From assembly GCF_009914755.1 (NCBI RefSeq), contig NC_060933.1: DNA of 64,000 bases; one strand, written 5' to 3'. Within the stretch, counting starts at the first letter, position 1. Each line of letters begins with the position of its first letter. Below, one piece after another: positions 13,101 to 25,800 of the stretch. A program made the position numbers and the translations under genes. The notes under the pieces were generated by a model. The model was not told where the DNA came from, did no database searches, and worked only from the letters and a program-made list of their open reading frames with translations. This DNA comes from the human T2T-CHM13v2.0 reference genome, Homo sapiens.

Positions 13101-15206
13101 TACAGCTCAATAAATTATCACAAAGTCAATGCTCATGTAATTATTACACAGATAAACACCTTGAAGTTAACCAGTACATAGAAGCCTGTGGCTTGTTCTG
13201 TCACACTGGGTAAGTGTATATGTATATACAAAGATACATGTGCAGAGATTTGTAATCATGCTGCATTAATGTCTCATGTTCATCACAATTTTTCAAGTCA
13301 TTTGACTGTGTGTTACCAGGGAGGGACAACACCTTGAACATATCATAGGATGTCATTGAATATATTGTACACTGTAATCTCAGTAAACTATTAATTATCT
13401 GTATTTGTCAAAGTATCTGGATTTTTTGTCCAGCCTATTGTTCTAACCTAAGTTTTAAACTTTATCTACTTGGAATCATGTACTACATCTCTCTCTCTGT
13501 GTACTTCCTTTCCTTTAAAATCTTATTTATGAGATTCATTCATCTTGTTGCTCATAACTGCAGTTAGTTTTCATTACTCCTATAGTATTCCATTGGATAA
13601 ATATTCCACAATTTACATATTCAATCCACTATTGGCAGATATGTGGATTGTTTCCACTTTGGGGTTATTAAGAATTACCCTACCATAAGCATCCTTTGTT
13701 AAGAGTGACATTACTGGGTCAGAAAATATGCCTATGTTCTACTTTAGCAAATAATTTAAATAGTGTTACGAGAATTGCCATTATTGCACTTTTCCAGAAA
13801 ATATTTCTTTTCTGCTTAATTTTAGCTATCAGTTTACTATTTAGTGGAATATTTCTGTACTTTTCATTTACATTATCTTCATAACAAATTTTAGTGCATT
13901 TTCATATGTTTATTAGTCATACACATGTGTATTCATCTGAGAAGGTTTTTTTAAGTTATTTTTATGCATTTTATATGGGTAGTCTTTCCTTATCGATTCA
14001 CAGAAGTGCTTTATGTATTCTAGATGCGAGTCCTTTGTTGGTTATATATTGTGAAAATCTGTTCCCTACTCCATGGCTTCCTTTTTTACTCACTTATTGT
14101 TTCTTACGTTGAACACCTATTGTTAATTTTAATGCAGTCCTATTGAATCATCTTTACTTATGTGTCCTGTTTATTACATAAAATAATCATATATACACAT
14201 CTGTATTTGCTTCTAAAAATCTTTTTATGTTATGATTACTTTGCCTTTCACGTCTAATCCAAAAATCTACCTGAAATTTACATTTTGAGTTGGGGTAAAA
14301 TTTCATTATTTTTCCAAATTGGTCCAGCAAAATTTATTGAAAATATGACATTTTCAAACTGCTCTACAATATTAGTCATGAATTCAGTACCCATGGATGC
14401 TTGGCTCTGTTTCTAGACATTTGTGTGTTCCACTGAACAATTTGTCTATATTGTACTGTCTTACACAATATGCCTAATAATATGCTTTGATAGCTGGTAG
14501 AGATTTTTCTACCCTTTCTTTCAATATGAGTGTGTTGACTTTTTACTATATTGATATAATTTACATAATGTTTACTATTTAAAATTCTACAATTGTTTTT
14601 TCAGTATGTTCAGTTTGTGCAAAGATAACTACTAATTCCAGAATGTTTCTAACACCTTAAAAGAAAACCCTATATAGTACCTATTAGCAGCCAATATCTG
14701 ATTCTCTTGTATCTTCTTCCCCTGATAACTCCTAATCTATTGTCTCTCTGGATTTGCCTATTCTGTACACTTCATATAAATGGAATCACACAACATGTGA
14801 CCTTTTGTGTCTGCCTTAATTTAAAATATTTTTAAAGTCCATTTATACTGTTGCAATATAATAGTACTTTATTCCTTATGTTGCTAAAAAATATTTCACC
14901 AAATGGATATACCACATATTGTTTATTCACTAGCCGAAGGACATTTAGGTTTTCATTTTTTTGCTATTATGAATAACAATGCTATGAACATTCCTATATG
15001 TGTTTTCTTGTGTGAACATTTGTTTACAGTCCTCCTGGGTATATACTTAGGAATTTCAGGGTCATCTGGTAATTCTATGTGTTTGATGAACTGCCAAACT
15101 GTCTTCCACAGCAACTGCATCATTTCACATTTCCCCTAGCAAGGCATAAGGTTTACAATTTCTCCATATCCTTGCCAACACTTATTTTCTATTTTATTAA
15201 AAAAAT

Positions 15207-15475
15207 CAAACACCGCATGTTCTCACTCATAGTTGGGAATTGAACAACGAGAACACGTGGACACAGGAAGGGGAACATCACACACCGGGGCCTGTTGTGG
15301 GGTGGGGGGATGGGGGAGGGATAGCATTAGGAGATATACCTAATGTTAAATGACGAGTTAACGGGTGAGGCACACCAACGTGGCACATGTATACATATGT
15401 AACAAACCTGCACGTTGTGCACATGTACCCTAAAACTTAAAGTATGATAAAAACAAAAATTCAAACAACAACAAC
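15207..15475 (+). mobile_element. 5'-truncated young L1PA 3' end
   Basis: Near-consensus L1PA 3' UTR with G-tract and CpGs retained, patterned A tail. TSD AAAAAATCA (15200-15208, 15476-15484) at a TT/AAAA site. Confidence 0.95.
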
Positions 15476-15633
15476 AAAAAATCATAGCTATATGGTGGAA
15501 TGTGATGGATGTCACTGTAGTTTTAATGTTTGTCTCCCTAATGACTAATAATGTTGAACATTTTTTTCATATGGTTATTGCCCATTTTTTAATCTTCTTT
15601 GGAGAAATATGTATTAAAATTCTTCACTCACTC

Positions 15634-15635
<2 letters not shown>

Positions 15636-15666
<31 letters not shown>

Positions 15667-15945
15667 AGATGGAGTCTTGCTCTGTCACCCAGGTTAGAGA
15701 CCATCGGTGCGATCTTGGCTCACTACAACCTCTGCCTCCTGGGTTCAAGTGATTCTCCTGACCCAGCCTCCTTCTGTGATTACAGGTACGTGCCACCATC
15801 ACACCTGACTAATTTTTGTATTTTTAGTAGAGATGGGGTTTCACCATGTTGGCCAGGCTGGTCTCGAACTCCTGACCTCAAGTGATCTGCCTGCCTCGGC
15901 CTCCCAAAGTGCTGGGATTACAGGCGTGAACCACCACACCTGACC
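15636..15945 (-). mobile_element. AluS SINE
   Basis: Long poly-T then gagatggagtcttgctctgtc...cctgacctcaagtgatc; flanking repeat ctcactttt. Confidence 0.95.
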
Positions 15946-17489
15946 TCTTTGCTCACTTTTTAATTGGGTTGTCTTTTTATTGTTGAGTTCTAAGTGATCT
16001 CAATATTTTATTAGATATGTGATTTGCAAATATTTCCTCCCATTTTGTGTTGTCTTTCACTCTATGGTATTATTTTATCCCAATAATGTAGAATTTTCTA
16101 CATATAGCTTTACATCTTTCAGTAGATGCATTCTGATTTGATATTTTTATGTTACCAGACATGGTATTTTTATATTACTTGTATATAGAAATGCATTTGA
16201 TTTCTTAGTGAGGAACCTCAATAAAAAATCATATATTAAAATTAATAATCTGGTACATTCCTTTCAATTTACTATCCACACTTACACAATAATAGTTTTA
16301 TCTAGTCTATTCAAATCCTTTAACTTTACTAAAAAGGCATGCATGTGTGTATGCATGAATTCACGTGTATATGCACGTATACATTTTGCATTCACGCATT
16401 TACCAAGACCACAAATACAACACTGAATACAAGTGGTGATACTGGGCATCCTTGTCTTTATCTCAAAAGGAACCACTGCTACTAAGTGTGATATTAGTTG
16501 TAAGCGTTTGCTAGATATTTTTATATCATAATAAGAAAGCACACTTCTATAAGAATGTTTATAATAAAGGGTTTTTTTGTTGTCCATTACTTAAATAGTT
16601 ACATAATTACTTAGAGTGTCTTTTTCTTGCGCTTCTCATCTTTGCTAAGTTGTATTTTTCTAGAAATTTTATTCAAAATTCTATGTTTTTAGAAAAGTAA
16701 TTTCTAACATCCTCTCAACATCCTTTTAGTATCATCAGGGTTTATAGTGATTTAACTGACATTAGCTTTCCTTGAATCCTCTATTTTTTTTACTTGGCAA
16801 GTTGCATCACTGTCACTTTCATCAGTTTATTTTAAAAAAAAAGCCAGTTGTGGTTTTGTTGATCCCCTCTGTTGTATGCAGTACAATATATGATATAATA
16901 TTTTCCATTATATTACCTTCTGATATTTATTATTTCTCTTCTTTTGTATTTGAGATATATGTGCTGGGTCCTTCCTAACTTGTTGAGATAGATACTTATA
17001 TTATTTTTCTGCCTTTTTCTCTACATATATATATATATGTGTGTAAATTACAGGTTTCACTTGTAATACTGGCTTTCATTTTCAAACAGCATTTTAATTT
17101 GTATTCATTTCTAAATATTTTCAAGTTGTGTTTTAAGAAATTCCAAAAATATAAATATCTATGTTTTAAATGTCCTAATATCTGAAGATTTTCTACCTCA
17201 TATTAATTTGTACACAAAGCACTTACTCTATGTAATCTCAATCCTCTGAATGTATTGAAACTTGCCTTATGATTCAGCATCTGGTCATTTTTTATGAATG
17301 CTCTATATGTACTTAAAATTATATTGTAAAATTATATACATAAATTACCTTAAATGTGTTGATCTTGTGGTTTATTCAAATATTAGAAGATGCATGTTGT
17401 CATATCCCACCATGATTTGGGATTCATCTTTCTTTCCCTATAAGCTACATCATTTTTCCTTGTTATGCATATTAGCCATTAATATATAA

Positions 17490-17866
<377 letters not shown>

Positions 17867-18139
17867 TCTAAGACCACTTTTCTTTCTAAGTAGGTTTTGT
17901 TTGAAATTAATAGAACCATACCAGTATTTTCATTGTTTTTTCTCAATACAATAACAAATAATTTTAGTGGAAAGTATTACATGTTAAAGTAAATTCTCGG
18001 GCTGTAAACTCACTAGTGGAAGCTACCGGCTCTTCCAAGGAAAGTCAACGAATGCTTTGACTGGAGTGAATACATATTCTAAACAGAGAAAATACCATAT
18101 TCAACAACATAGATGGTAGTATATTCTATGTGGCTGAAG

Positions 18140-18510
18140 TCTGAGGTTCATGGTGGAAATAGATATAACCCAACATTGGAAACTAGAATTTCAGACGAGA
18201 TTTGAGAGACTTGATAATGGAAAGACTTCGGTAACTGGCAATTTGAAGATAAGGCAAAGAAGATTTTGGGCAACCGGGTGATGATATCCTTCACTAAAAC
18301 AAACCAATATGAGGAAGTAGTAGAGGAATATAAAGTAAAATGTAAATGTATTGAGTTTGAAAACACTATAGCTTTTTCTGGGTACATAGTTCTGAAATCT
18401 GTACATGTAAATCTGTGGCTCAGGAGAATTTTACAAATTAGAGGTACACATTTGGAATTTATTAGTACTTTAGTGATAGAAGAAACATGGGAGAAAAGAA
18501 GGACACAGAA
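18140..18510 (-). mobile_element. L2 fragment (appears to resume at about 19430-19520)
   Basis: Degenerate antisense L2, e.g. tgtggctcaggagaattttacaaattagaggtacacatttggaatt. Confidence 0.55.
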
Positions 18511-18653
18511 TTAATAACCAATAATAAATACACAGGCAATCAATGAAATTTCAAAAATAGAATTTTTTTTTACAAGCAGTAGTATGTTTAACTTTTATTT
18601 TTATGAACTTTACAAGTTAACAACAACAAAAATCCAGAAACGTTTGAGTTGGC

Positions 18654-19418
18654 TTTTTTTTAAAATTATGATTATAAGTTCTGGGATACATGTGCAGAAC
18701 TGGCAGGTTTGTTACATAGGTATACATGTGCCATGGTGGTTTGCTGCACCCATCAACCCATCATCTACATTAGGTATTTCTCCTAATGCTATCCCTCCCA
18801 TAGTCCCCCAAACCCTGACAGGCCCCAGTGTGTGATGTTCGCCTCCCTGCGTTGGTGTATTCTCATTGTTCAGTTCCCACCTATGAGTGAGAATATGCAG
18901 TGTTTGGTTTTCTTTTCCTGTGTTAGTTTGCTGAGAATGATGATTTCCAGCTTCATCCATGTCCCTGCAAATGACATGAACTCATTCTTTTTTATGGCTG
19001 CATAGTATTCCATGGTGTATATGTACCACATTTTCTTTATCCAGTCTATCATTGATGGGCATTTGGGTTGGTTCCAAGTCTTTGCTATCGTGAACAGTGC
19101 TGCAATAAACATACATGAGCATGTGTCTTTATAGTAGAATGATTTATAATCCTTTGGGTATATACCTAGTAATGCAATTGTTGGGTCAAATGGTATTTCC
19201 GGTTCTAGATCTTTGAGGAATAGCCACACTGTCTTCAACAATGGTTGAACTAATTTAGACTCCCACCAACAGTGTTTTTAATATTCGCCATTCTAACTAG
19301 TGTGAAATGGTATCTCATTGTGGTTTTGATTTGCATTTCTCTAATGACCAGTGATGATGAGCTTTTTCCATACATTTGTTGGCTGCATAAATGTCTTCTT
19401 TTGAGAAGTGTCTGTTCA
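18654..19418 (-). mobile_element. 5'-truncated L1PA7/8-like element
   Basis: ORF 18870..19241(-) is the L1 ORF2p C-terminus (KDLEPEIPFDP...WNQPKCPSMIDWIKKMWYIYTMEYYAAIKK), followed by the 3' UTR and a T8 tail. Confidence 0.95.
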
Positions 19419-20469
19419 AATTAAATTAGTAAAATTGGCTGAGAAACTTAAGGAAGAGACGTGCAAGGAAGGAGCATGTATGATGGGGACCAAGAACAAG
19501 ATTGTCAGCAAGATGGAATGTTCTTCAGCGCATTCCAAGAGCATGTAAAAAAAAAAGTGACCTTCACTTTCACCTTTCGTAGAGAAATGTATGCAGAATA
19601 CTCAAATTAGAAGCATCATGTATTCAGTAATAAATGGTAATTTATAGAAATATAATTGTAATTGAATGTATGATTTTCTTTTTTGTAATTTTGATAAAGA
19701 AAGGAAGAAAAGGGTACTATTCATACCTTTTGAGAATGAGGATATGGGTTAAGGAAAGGTAGCTCTTGTTTAGGAACATGTTATGCTAAAACTTTGAGGT
19801 CATCAGAGAGCCTGAGCCATATTCTTTATCAACCTTAAAAAAAAACCTGGCAGATTTACAAAAAACATGGTATGTTCCTTCTTTCATCTCAAATATGTAA
19901 CACAAGACTTTTATACCTAGACCTTAGTGTTTCCACTTAGACACACCTGTTATAAATATCAACTCTTTCCTTCCTCTACTAGCTTCTTTTGACCAAGATA
20001 TGTAATTCAAATGACATATCTGTGGGATTAAATTCAACTACTATTGCTAAAATCTCAAGGTTTTGCTTTTTTATTGTTGTTATGCATACTCATTATACTG
20101 GCATAGAGAGACCTAAAATCAATTATACTGTTACTATCCTTCTTTAGTGTCTTCCTTTCTAATAATTAATAGGCATAACTGTACTTCTATGTCATACCAA
20201 TTACTCCAAATGATGTGTATTTTTACATTCTTATTTATATAATTTATGTTGTCCTTTCAGTTATGCTTTTTGGGATACTCTGTTCCCACATAGCCTTACC
20301 TTCTCTCTACATCCCCCTGCAATGGCTCATGAGCCATAGGCTCTCAGACAGTGTTTATAAAATATGTATGAATGATAAAAATGCATTCATAAATAAAACA
20401 ATTTTATATAAATGTAAAGTCACATGCCAAATGCATATTTCAGATCCTTTGGAGGGAGGTAGCCATGTT

Positions 20470-20700
20470 ATGAGTCCAAGAGGGCTGGAACCAAAATGTC
20501 AAGAGTCTGTGTTCTGACTTTACTGCTTTTTAGATGTATTCATTTGGATAATTTGCCTAACCTTCAGTTTTCTTATATATAAACAGAAGATCTTAATGCC
20601 TAGATCTAATTACCTAGCTCAGGAATGTTATAAGGATTAAATAAGTTGTTCCTATGAAGGCACCTAGGTCAGCGCTTGTACTCAAGTGAGGGCTTAATAT
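20470..20700 (+). mobile_element. MIR SINE
   Basis: cctaaccttcagttttcttatatataaac...gttataaggattaaataag. Confidence 0.65.
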
Positions 20701-20925
20701 TAGATAATCCTGGACTTCATGGGCCATCTGACCTCCCTAAGGGCCCATTTCTCTGGTACCATAAATCATGACCTAGTTCTTGACACTACCTGTTCACAAT
20801 CCACACCCTCTTCCTTTTCCAAAGGCATGACCTTTAACTGTCATGTTAAGACAGAAGAAGAAATGAAAACACTCCTTTGGCACCCCATACTCCAAATCTT
20901 ACTTCTTCATAGCAAAAACTCAGTC

Positions 20926-20928
<3 letters not shown>

Positions 20929-20970
<42 letters not shown>
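20929..20970 (+). repeat. (AC)21 microsatellite
   Basis: Perfect dinucleotide run. Confidence 0.98.
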
Positions 20971-20972
<2 letters not shown>

Positions 20973-22839
20973 TATACTGACTGTATAAATTTCCCTCCAA
21001 AAAATTAAAGGTGGGTTCGATGATTTCTATTTGACTCTCTATAAGGTCTTGAATTTTTATCCAAGAAGAAAATATGCAGGCTAATTGATCCGATAAATCT
21101 ATACATTGTAGCCTCTCTACTCCTTATAGAAACAGTGACATTAAATAACCTACACCTCCTATATCCTAACTTGTATATGTTGTACATAATGCATCTGAGT
21201 GGGCAGCATCTTGATGACGTCGTTCTATTTGTAAGACTTTTACATATACTTCTTCAACTTAACAGCGTTTCTTTAAGCCTAGGAATTTTCTTGCATGAAT
21301 ACTTATTACCACCATTTTCTATAGGAATTTTAACTCACTTGAGGAGATTTAATTCAACCTTCCAAATAATCACACTTCCCAAACAAGTCATAATCAACGA
21401 TATATCGTCAAGGAGATTCATGCCATTATCTACAAGTCTTCTAATTGGAAATACACATTTTACCTTTCCTTTGGAGGGAAATGAGTCGTTTTAGAGTAGA
21501 GTGGCTGCAATTGAGGCAAACAATTTAAGTAAAAACAAATGGGTTTTATAAACCTTGCATGTAGATGTTGAGGACTGCATATATTGTTACCAATTTTGTT
21601 AGTTATTTTACTCTGCAAGACTGAGTTTGAGAATTTAATGACCAGTGATACATTTTCCACAGTGAGCTTACAGAACTTACCTCAATTTAGTTCAAATATC
21701 TCTAATTTATATTTGCATAAGGTTTCTATTTCAATACCCATAACCTTTGCTATTGTAGCAATGTCTTCTCTAATGACATAAGTGAACACTACCTAAATTC
21801 TGCTTGGAAGAAAAATGCTACTGTCACAAATACTTTGTGAAATATACATATACATAAATATATCTTCAAGTATATGTATGTTGAATAAAAGAGTAAAAGA
21901 GTAAACAAATTAATGAAGAACAGAAAAAGAATATAAATCTCCTAGCCTGGTATGCTTGATAATTAGTAAGTGCTAGATAAATACTATTAATATAATCCAC
22001 ATCATAATCTAATTCATCACACAGCTTTTATGTGAGCCCTCCAGCAATTTTAATAATACCAACAATTTTACAACTAAAAATATGTGCTTGAGTATATCAT
22101 TTGCATGTAGTTCTAATGCTGCCCTGGAATATTATCTACACATCAGAAATCAATAGAAAGCATTTTCTTGAATCTCATTTCCATAATCAACAAGCTAATT
22201 CAAATCCATGTAGAGCAAATAAGTGATTTCGATTGAAACATTTTTAATGTCTTCAAAAAAGTGGACTGATAAAATACTTTAAACATGAAAAGTAACTTAA
22301 TTATTAAAAATTATAATTATGAAAATAGTCAACCAGAAGAAAAAACTCAAAATTCAGATATTTTTAAAGCACTATAGTTTATCATGTCTCTACTTTTTCT
22401 TGTGCAATTTTTATAACATGAAATAGATTGTGTGGCTGTTGTTTCAATGCAATGGGGAAACAAAATAGCCTTAAATGCTGTGGACTATGCTAAATATGAA
22501 CTTATTTTCAAGGAAAAATTCAGTAATTCTGACTACTTTTTTTGTTAAGCTGCTTCCTAGAAGTGAAATGAAGGCTTCAGTCCCACCAGAGAGGCAAGTA
22601 GCACAAAGAAGTTTTCCTTTCTCTTTCTTCCAGCAAAATGACTCAGACTATGAAATTAAAATTTGGAAAACATCACCCTATTAAATTTCCCTCTCTTTAT
22701 CACCATCGTGGCAGGGCAAATGAATGTTTCCTTCAGCTGTGTTCCCATGATTTTTATCCATTTACATATTGCAATTCCTCAAAAAAAAATTTAACTATTT
22801 CATTCCCTTGTACAAACTTTCTGAAGATTCTGAACTCAA

Positions 22840-23060
22840 GAGCAGAAAGTGCCTTATTGCTCATGATCCTTGTCACAGTCTAGATAATCTTGTAGACTCT
22901 AGCCCTTTGCCTACCTTTCTGGCCTCAATTTTGTTTTCCTCACTGTACTCTAGCTACACAGGACATATTTCAGTTTCTAAAGTGTGTTCCCTGACCCCAT
23001 CACAGTGCTTTTCATATAGTATATAGTAAGGTAGCTAAATGCTAGAATAGCTCTCCCAGT
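22840..23060 (+). mobile_element. L2 fragment
   Basis: agccctttgcctacctttctggcctc...actgtactctagctacacagg. Confidence 0.5.
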
Positions 23061-24721
23061 TGTTGTCTCTAGAACAAGAGAACAACTGAAATCACAGTAT
23101 AATAGGCTTTAATAATAAACACATTAAATAAAATGGTAGCCCTTCTTATTTAAAACAATGTCATCTTCATTGCTTGGGATGGGGAAAAAAAGAACTCAAT
23201 TAACTTTGCAAATGAAATAAGATTTTATATGAGTACTCTAGTATGAGAAACCAAGTTTCCTCAGGAAACCCAAGAGAAAATCTGCAATGCTTAAAAAAGT
23301 TTACTTCAGTTTGCCCAAGAGAATGAAATTATGAAAGAACAAATAAAGACAGCTTGATCTAGAAGAAGAAAAAGATTATTCTTAAGAGGTATGTTGTGAT
23401 CTTAAAGGGTAAGCTAAGCACATATAAAATAAAAGAGACGACATGCTCAGGTCAAACTTTTTAGAAGGGTTTCAGAAAAAAAGAGAAGAGGTTTTAATCA
23501 TTACTAGATTGGAAAGTTACTTGTGCCCAATAAATATAACCAAAGAAAGGAGACAGTCTCAGAGACTCAACTCTTTTGGAGAAAACATATCTAAAAATCT
23601 ATCAGGGGAACAAATCTGCAGATAGAGTAATTAGCACAATGAGGAACCTCCTCTTCAGTACTTAGATAATCAGACCACATGGCATCTGAACTTCTGTAAT
23701 TGAGAGGAAAATTGCCAAAAAGATCAATATAGAATTCTTAAAATTGTTTCAAGTAAATATTGTGAGTCGATATTCACTAAATTGGCATAATTTATAACAA
23801 ATTGGGATATGAGTGTTGCTTAGCCATTAGGGATTCTGAGAAGTTGGATGAGAAGTGAAATAAGGCATAGAAAAGATGAAACACAGTAAACAAGAACCCA
23901 GCAGGCAATAATATACTGAATCCAGAGCTAGCTCACACGCTCTGTAGGCATGTCCATCTTGGGTCACAGTTTTTTACTTCAGGGTGTGAAGATAGACAAG
24001 ATGTGCTTGAAAAGTTTTTTTTTTTTTTTTGGCAGATGCAGTACTCATTTATTTTTTAACTGTCATAAGACAAAATATAGACAAGTATATGAATTCCTGG
24101 ACTGCAAAGCAAAGTTGAATAAAAAGGAAACAGTACATTCTGAATCTGCAAACAGTAGTAGCCCTGTAGGTGTTAGGAAACGTTTAACATGTTAAACAGT
24201 TAAAAATTCACCTGAGCCTCCTAGAAATCTGGAAGGAAACAATAGCAGGAAACAGAATACTGGGGTCATGCTCCACTGCTGGAGAGAAATGTATTGTAGA
24301 AATAAAGAAGTTTCTGATGTCCCTAAAAGAATACAAGTTTTTCAAAGCCTGGAAAAGAGGGAAGAAGCACTCTGAGCAGGAGCCACTGACAGAGGTATTG
24401 GGCTTAGCAGACCACCTGGGGATGCACATTTCAGGACTATCAACAGCTTCGTTCAGGCTCATGATTTCCGATATGAAATAAATATGGGGCTAAAAGAGGA
24501 ACCCTCCCAAGAAAACATGTTGCACAGGTTTCAGCATCTCCATTTCTAGAGTTCATGGCAGCAACTCGTGCAGCACAGAACTTTATATATCTGCTCACAA
24601 TAGAGTGTGTGAGCCATGCTACAAGACAGAATCCACATTCGTTACAAAACTGGGGCTGAAAATTAAATTGCTTTGAATATACTATTTGGGGAAAAATGGT
24701 GCCTCAGATTATACCTGGTGA

Positions 24722-25045
<324 letters not shown>

Positions 25046-25479
25046 TGAGTCTACCATTTTTACAAATTTCTAAACTTAGCAGTATGGCCGGAAAGTTTCA
25101 AAAACACTCTTTGAGAAAGGAATGTATAAACAGGTGGATTTCCTCTGAGTCATTGTCCATGCAATGTTGTGATTAAGCTTATGACAGAAGAATTAGATCA
25201 CGTGGAGATCACAGCTCTTGGAATCCAGAAAAATGGCATGAACTGAATGGCATCTCAGCAAGGGTGGTCCAAGCAAGATTTTCCTGGGATATATTCTTTC
25301 CATCATTCATCAGTGAATCACTGGTTCACTGCTGTAAAATAGTGGGTTGCTGTGTTTTCTGAACGTGGTGCATATAAAGATAGTATGGTAATAATCTTCT
25401 ATGTCTTATTACTTTTATTTACTTTTTATTACTTCTATGTCCTCTGTACTTTTTAAACAGTGGGATCCTACACTAAAAT

Positions 25480-25800
25480 CTTTGCATATTTGCATGAATG
25501 TTCACACCAGAATTGTTCTTAATAACAAAAATAAGAAGGGACAATGATCCATAGAAGTGTTTAATAAATTGTGCCATATTCTATCAATGAGCTATTGCTA
25601 CGTGCATTAACATGGACAGTTCAGAAACCAAGATCAAAATAAAGACGAAAAAAGATCTGTCAATTGTGATTCAACTTATTTTGAAAACAGAAAAATAAAC
25701 AACACATCGTAAGGGATACATACTTAAATAATTATAACGACAGAAAAGCAGGATGGTGTTTACCTCAATGAGGAGGAGTACTGCTGAGGTACTGAAGGAA
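25480..25800 (+). mobile_element. L1ME-like 3' fragment
   Basis: gaatgttcacaccagaattgttcttaataac...aataaattgtgccatatt...gatggtgtttacctc. Confidence 0.55.

Larger units (their letters stand above)
14540..16060 (-). mobile_element. L1MB/MA-like 3' fragment nested in the older L1
   Basis: ctggatttgcctattctgtacacttcatataaatggaatc...gctattatgaataacaatgctatgaacatt; continues across the L1PA and Alu insertions. Confidence 0.75.

Noticed and set aside
15502-15885. Alu-derived ORFs (also at 17450, 17532, 36774, 42800, 46571, 52916, 58946)
   Set aside because: Classic Alu translations ([18 protein letters not shown]); not genes.
16336-16382. Quasi-palindrome centred on GAATTC
   Set aside because: Symmetry is explained by a decayed alternating purine-pyrimidine repeat.
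18870-19241. L1 ORF2p-like ORFs (also at 572, 47021, 47263, 56342, 57037)
   Set aside because: Fragments of truncated, frameshifted L1 copies; no intact ORF1 or ORF2 in the window.
21135-21494. 119-aa hydrophobic ORF in unique sequence with a near-CRE TGACGTCG
   Set aside because: Non-ATG start, composition typical of AT-rich noise, no splice context; the CRE is imperfect.
25395-25445. Short direct repeats (cttctatgtc, ttattacttt)
   Set aside because: Low-complexity slippage; no regular spacers, not CRISPR-like.
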